From Candidatus Methylomirabilota bacterium (lineage in GTDB: Bacteria > Methylomirabilota > Methylomirabilia > Rokubacteriales > CSP1-6), in assembly GCA_046726415.1 (NCBI GenBank), contig JBKPAK010000204.1, positions 1 to 16,905 of the forward strand: a stretch of DNA of 16,905 bases, in the 5' to 3' direction. The notes below the pieces were generated by a model. That model saw only the letters and a list, made by a program, of their open reading frames with translations, ran no database searches and was not told the DNA's origin. Shown piece by piece: positions 15,148-16,905 of the stretch (positions are counted from its first letter, which is position 1; each line of letters starts with the position of its first letter). The translations under genes and the position numbers were made by a program.

Positions 15148-16287
15148 TCACGCGGGCAGCCGGTAGAAGCGGACGGCGTTGTCGCCGAGGACCTTCCGGC
15201 GCGCCTCGGGGGGCAGGCGGGCAAGGTGCTCCTTCAACTCTCGGACCACGCCGAACGAGGCGTCGATGTGTGGGTAATCGGAGGCCCAGATGAAGTAGTC
15301 GGCGCCCAGGTGCTCGATCATCGCCGCGGTGACCGATTCGTCCGGGTCCGCCGAGATCAGGCACTGGCGGTAGAAGTACGCGCTGGGCTCCATGCGGATG
15401 GGCGTCTGGTGGGCCATGACGCGGTACTTGTGATCGAGGCGATCCAGCCACGCGGCGATCCAGTTCGAGCCCGCCTCGAGCACCGCGCACTTCAGGCGCG
15501 GATAGCGCTCGAACATGCCGGCGCAGAGCATCTGGGTGAACGCCGCCATGACGTCGATGGCCAGGAACGCGAAGCCAAACAGCCCGTCCGAGGGGTCCTT
15601 CCTCAGCCACTGTCGGAACCATTGCCGGTCGCGCACGACGACGTGAAAGGCGATGGGCATCTCGAGCGCCTGGGCGGTCTCCCAGAACCGCGCAAAGGCC
15701 GGGTCGTCGAAGTGGCGTCCGCCCCGCGCGGCGAGATCGGGGGACAGGTAGATCCCCACGCAGCCCTCCCGACGGGCCCGGATCGTCTCCTCCACGGCGT
15801 CTTCCGGGTCGAGCAGGGAAATGTGTGCCACGGGGTACAGTCGCCGGGGATCGGTGCGGCAGAACTCCGCGAGCCAGCGGTTGTAGGCGCGGGTGTACGC
15901 GGTGGCGAGATGGGCGTCGGTGACGTGGGCCTCCCAGCAGATGCCGATCGTCGGGTACAGGAGGACGGCGTCGATCCCCTCGCCGTCCATCACCCGGAGT
16001 CGGGCGGAAGGATCATAGGCGCCGGGCGGACTGCCCGCCGCGTAGCTCACCTGGCCCCTGGTGAGCAGCGCGCGCGAGTCCATGTCGATCCCACCCAGCG
16101 CCCCGAGCTGCCCTCGCAACGTCTTGAGGGGCCGACCATCGATGAGCAAGACCTCGTACCCCTCGTCGTCGACGGCGATGCGGATAGCCCGCTCGCGATA
16201 CGAAGGTTCGAGGTACTTCAGCCACGTGTCGGCTGGCTCCAGCACATGGCCGTCGGCGTCCACCACGCGTCCGGGAAGGTCAACCAT
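15148..16287 (-). CDS. Amidohydrolase family protein (Amidohydro_2 type, metal-dependent hydrolase/decarboxylase/hydratase)
   Basis: SD GGAGGG before ATG 16287; VVDADGH, MDGEGIDAVLLYPT, AYNRWLAEFC, FH, GMFERYPRLK..VLEAG, ASDYPH, NA.RFY motifs; 379 aa. Confidence 0.93.
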   Translation of the reverse strand: MVDLPGRVVDADGHVLEPADTWLKYLEPSYRERAIRIAVDDEGYEVLLIDGRPLKTLRGQLGALGGIDMDSRALLTRGQVSYAAGSPPGAYDPSARLRVMDGEGIDAVLLYPTIGICWEAHVTDAHLATAYTRAYNRWLAEFCRTDPRRLYPVAHISLLDPEDAVEETIRARREGCVGIYLSPDLAARGGRHFDDPAFARFWETAQALEMPIAFHVVVRDRQWFRQWLRKDPSDGLFGFAFLAIDVMAAFTQMLCAGMFERYPRLKCAVLEAGSNWIAAWLDRLDHKYRVMAHQTPIRMEPSAYFYRQCLISADPDESVTAAMIEHLGADYFIWASDYPHIDASFGVVRELKEHLARLPPEARRKVLGDNAVRFYRLPA

Positions 16288-16424
16288 TCTGCCCTCCGTT
16301 CGAGCGCGGGCTTGGCCCACGCCACGAGTTCCAGGGAGGCCTTGCGCGGGGCCGTTGGAGGCCCCTGTCAGCGTCTCCGCATGCTGAATCGCCCGCGGCC
16401 CCCTCCGCGCCGGCGACGGCTGAA

Positions 16425-16433
16425 TGGTACAGT
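16425..16433 (+). promoter_or_regulatory. Extended -10 candidate (TGgTACAGT) for cupin gene
   Basis: TGn + TAnnnT about 45 nt upstream of the cupin start. Confidence 0.4.
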
Positions 16434-16477
16434 GCTGGATACTGCTGGTTCCAAATCGAGACTTCGGGAGGCCCATG

Positions 16478-16905
16478 ATGAACGATGCCGCGACAGTCGC
16501 CGAGAAACCGGCCGCAGCTTTTCCCGCGGGGAAGCTCGCGTACGCGACCTCGATGACGGCCCCCTTGGTCGCAGGCCGGCGCGACTTTCTCAAGTACCGT
16601 GACCTAGGCGTCACCGCCGCGAGCAGCGGGCGGATGCGAGCCCAGGTCATGTCCGCCACCGCGGGAATGACGAAGCCCACGGGATGGCACTACCACGTCT
16701 GCGACGGCCAGTTCGTCTACGCGTTGCAGGGATGGGTCGATTTGGAGTTCGAGGACGGCCAGACGATCCGCCTCCAGGCGGGTGAGTCCCTGTACATCCC
16801 GGGTGGCTTGCGCCACAACGAGATCGCGACGTCGGACACGCTCGAGATCCTGGAAGTGTCCGTGCCGGCCGACATGGGAACCGTGCCGTGCGATCCGCCC
16901 GAAGG
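16478..16905 (+). CDS. Cupin domain protein (3'-truncated by window edge; not in ORF track)
   Basis: SD GGGAGG (16466-16471), ATG 16475/16478. Own translation: ...GRRDFLKYRDLGVTAASSGRMRAQV...TGWHYHVCDGQFVYALQGWVDLEFEDGQTIRLQAGESLYIPGGLRHNE...: cupin motif 1 (HxHxxxxQ) and motif 2 (G..LYIP.G..H). Confidence 0.88.
   Translation, partial: MNDAATVAEKPAAAFPAGKLAYATSMTAPLVAGRRDFLKYRDLGVTAASSGRMRAQVMSATAGMTKPTGWHYHVCDGQFVYALQGWVDLEFEDGQTIRLQAGESLYIPGGLRHNEIATSDTLEILEVSVPADMGTVPCDPPE

Noticed and set aside
15019..16602. 527-aa + strand ORF, and the N-terminal extension of the amidohydrolase to 16680
   Set aside because: Antisense shadow. The extension overlaps the cupin gene and precedes the SD-led ATG at 16287.
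1..16905. CRISPR array, tRNA/rRNA, IS element, integrase, known riboswitch
   Set aside because: No regularly spaced repeats, cloverleaf/T-loop signature, DDE or recombinase motifs, or recognisable aptamer seen by eye; a cmscan run would be needed to exclude RNAs formally.

Overview
High-GC bacterial chromosomal window of mostly accessory metabolic and transport genes. The gene repertoire resembles Ca. Rokubacteria/Methylomirabilota, which is an inference only. In order: the 3' part of an ExeA-like ATPase/TM/Pro-rich/ankyrin protein (+); a secreted D-(-)-3-hydroxybutyrate oligomer hydrolase (+); a PPOX-class (probably F420-dependent) split-barrel enzyme (-); a Dpp/Opp-type ABC operon with two Tat-exported paralogous binding proteins and two permeases but no ATPase (-); a luciferase-like monooxygenase, an EmrB/EmrA-type efflux pair, an Lrp/AsnC regulator and an amidohydrolase (all -); and a divergent cupin gene running off the right edge (+). 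Between the intact genes lie several broken gene remnants: a VOC/glyoxalase 5' stub, a frameshifted thrS 3' fragment, and a double-zinc-ribbon 5' stub joined to the 3' end of an unknown gene. There are also candidate regulatory features: a palindrome centred on a perfect -10 box, a likely leaderless gene, and an SD-led uORF with a G7 tract in front of emrA. I found no CRISPR array, tRNA, rRNA, transposase or integrase, and I cannot support a single clearly novel multi-gene system from this window alone.
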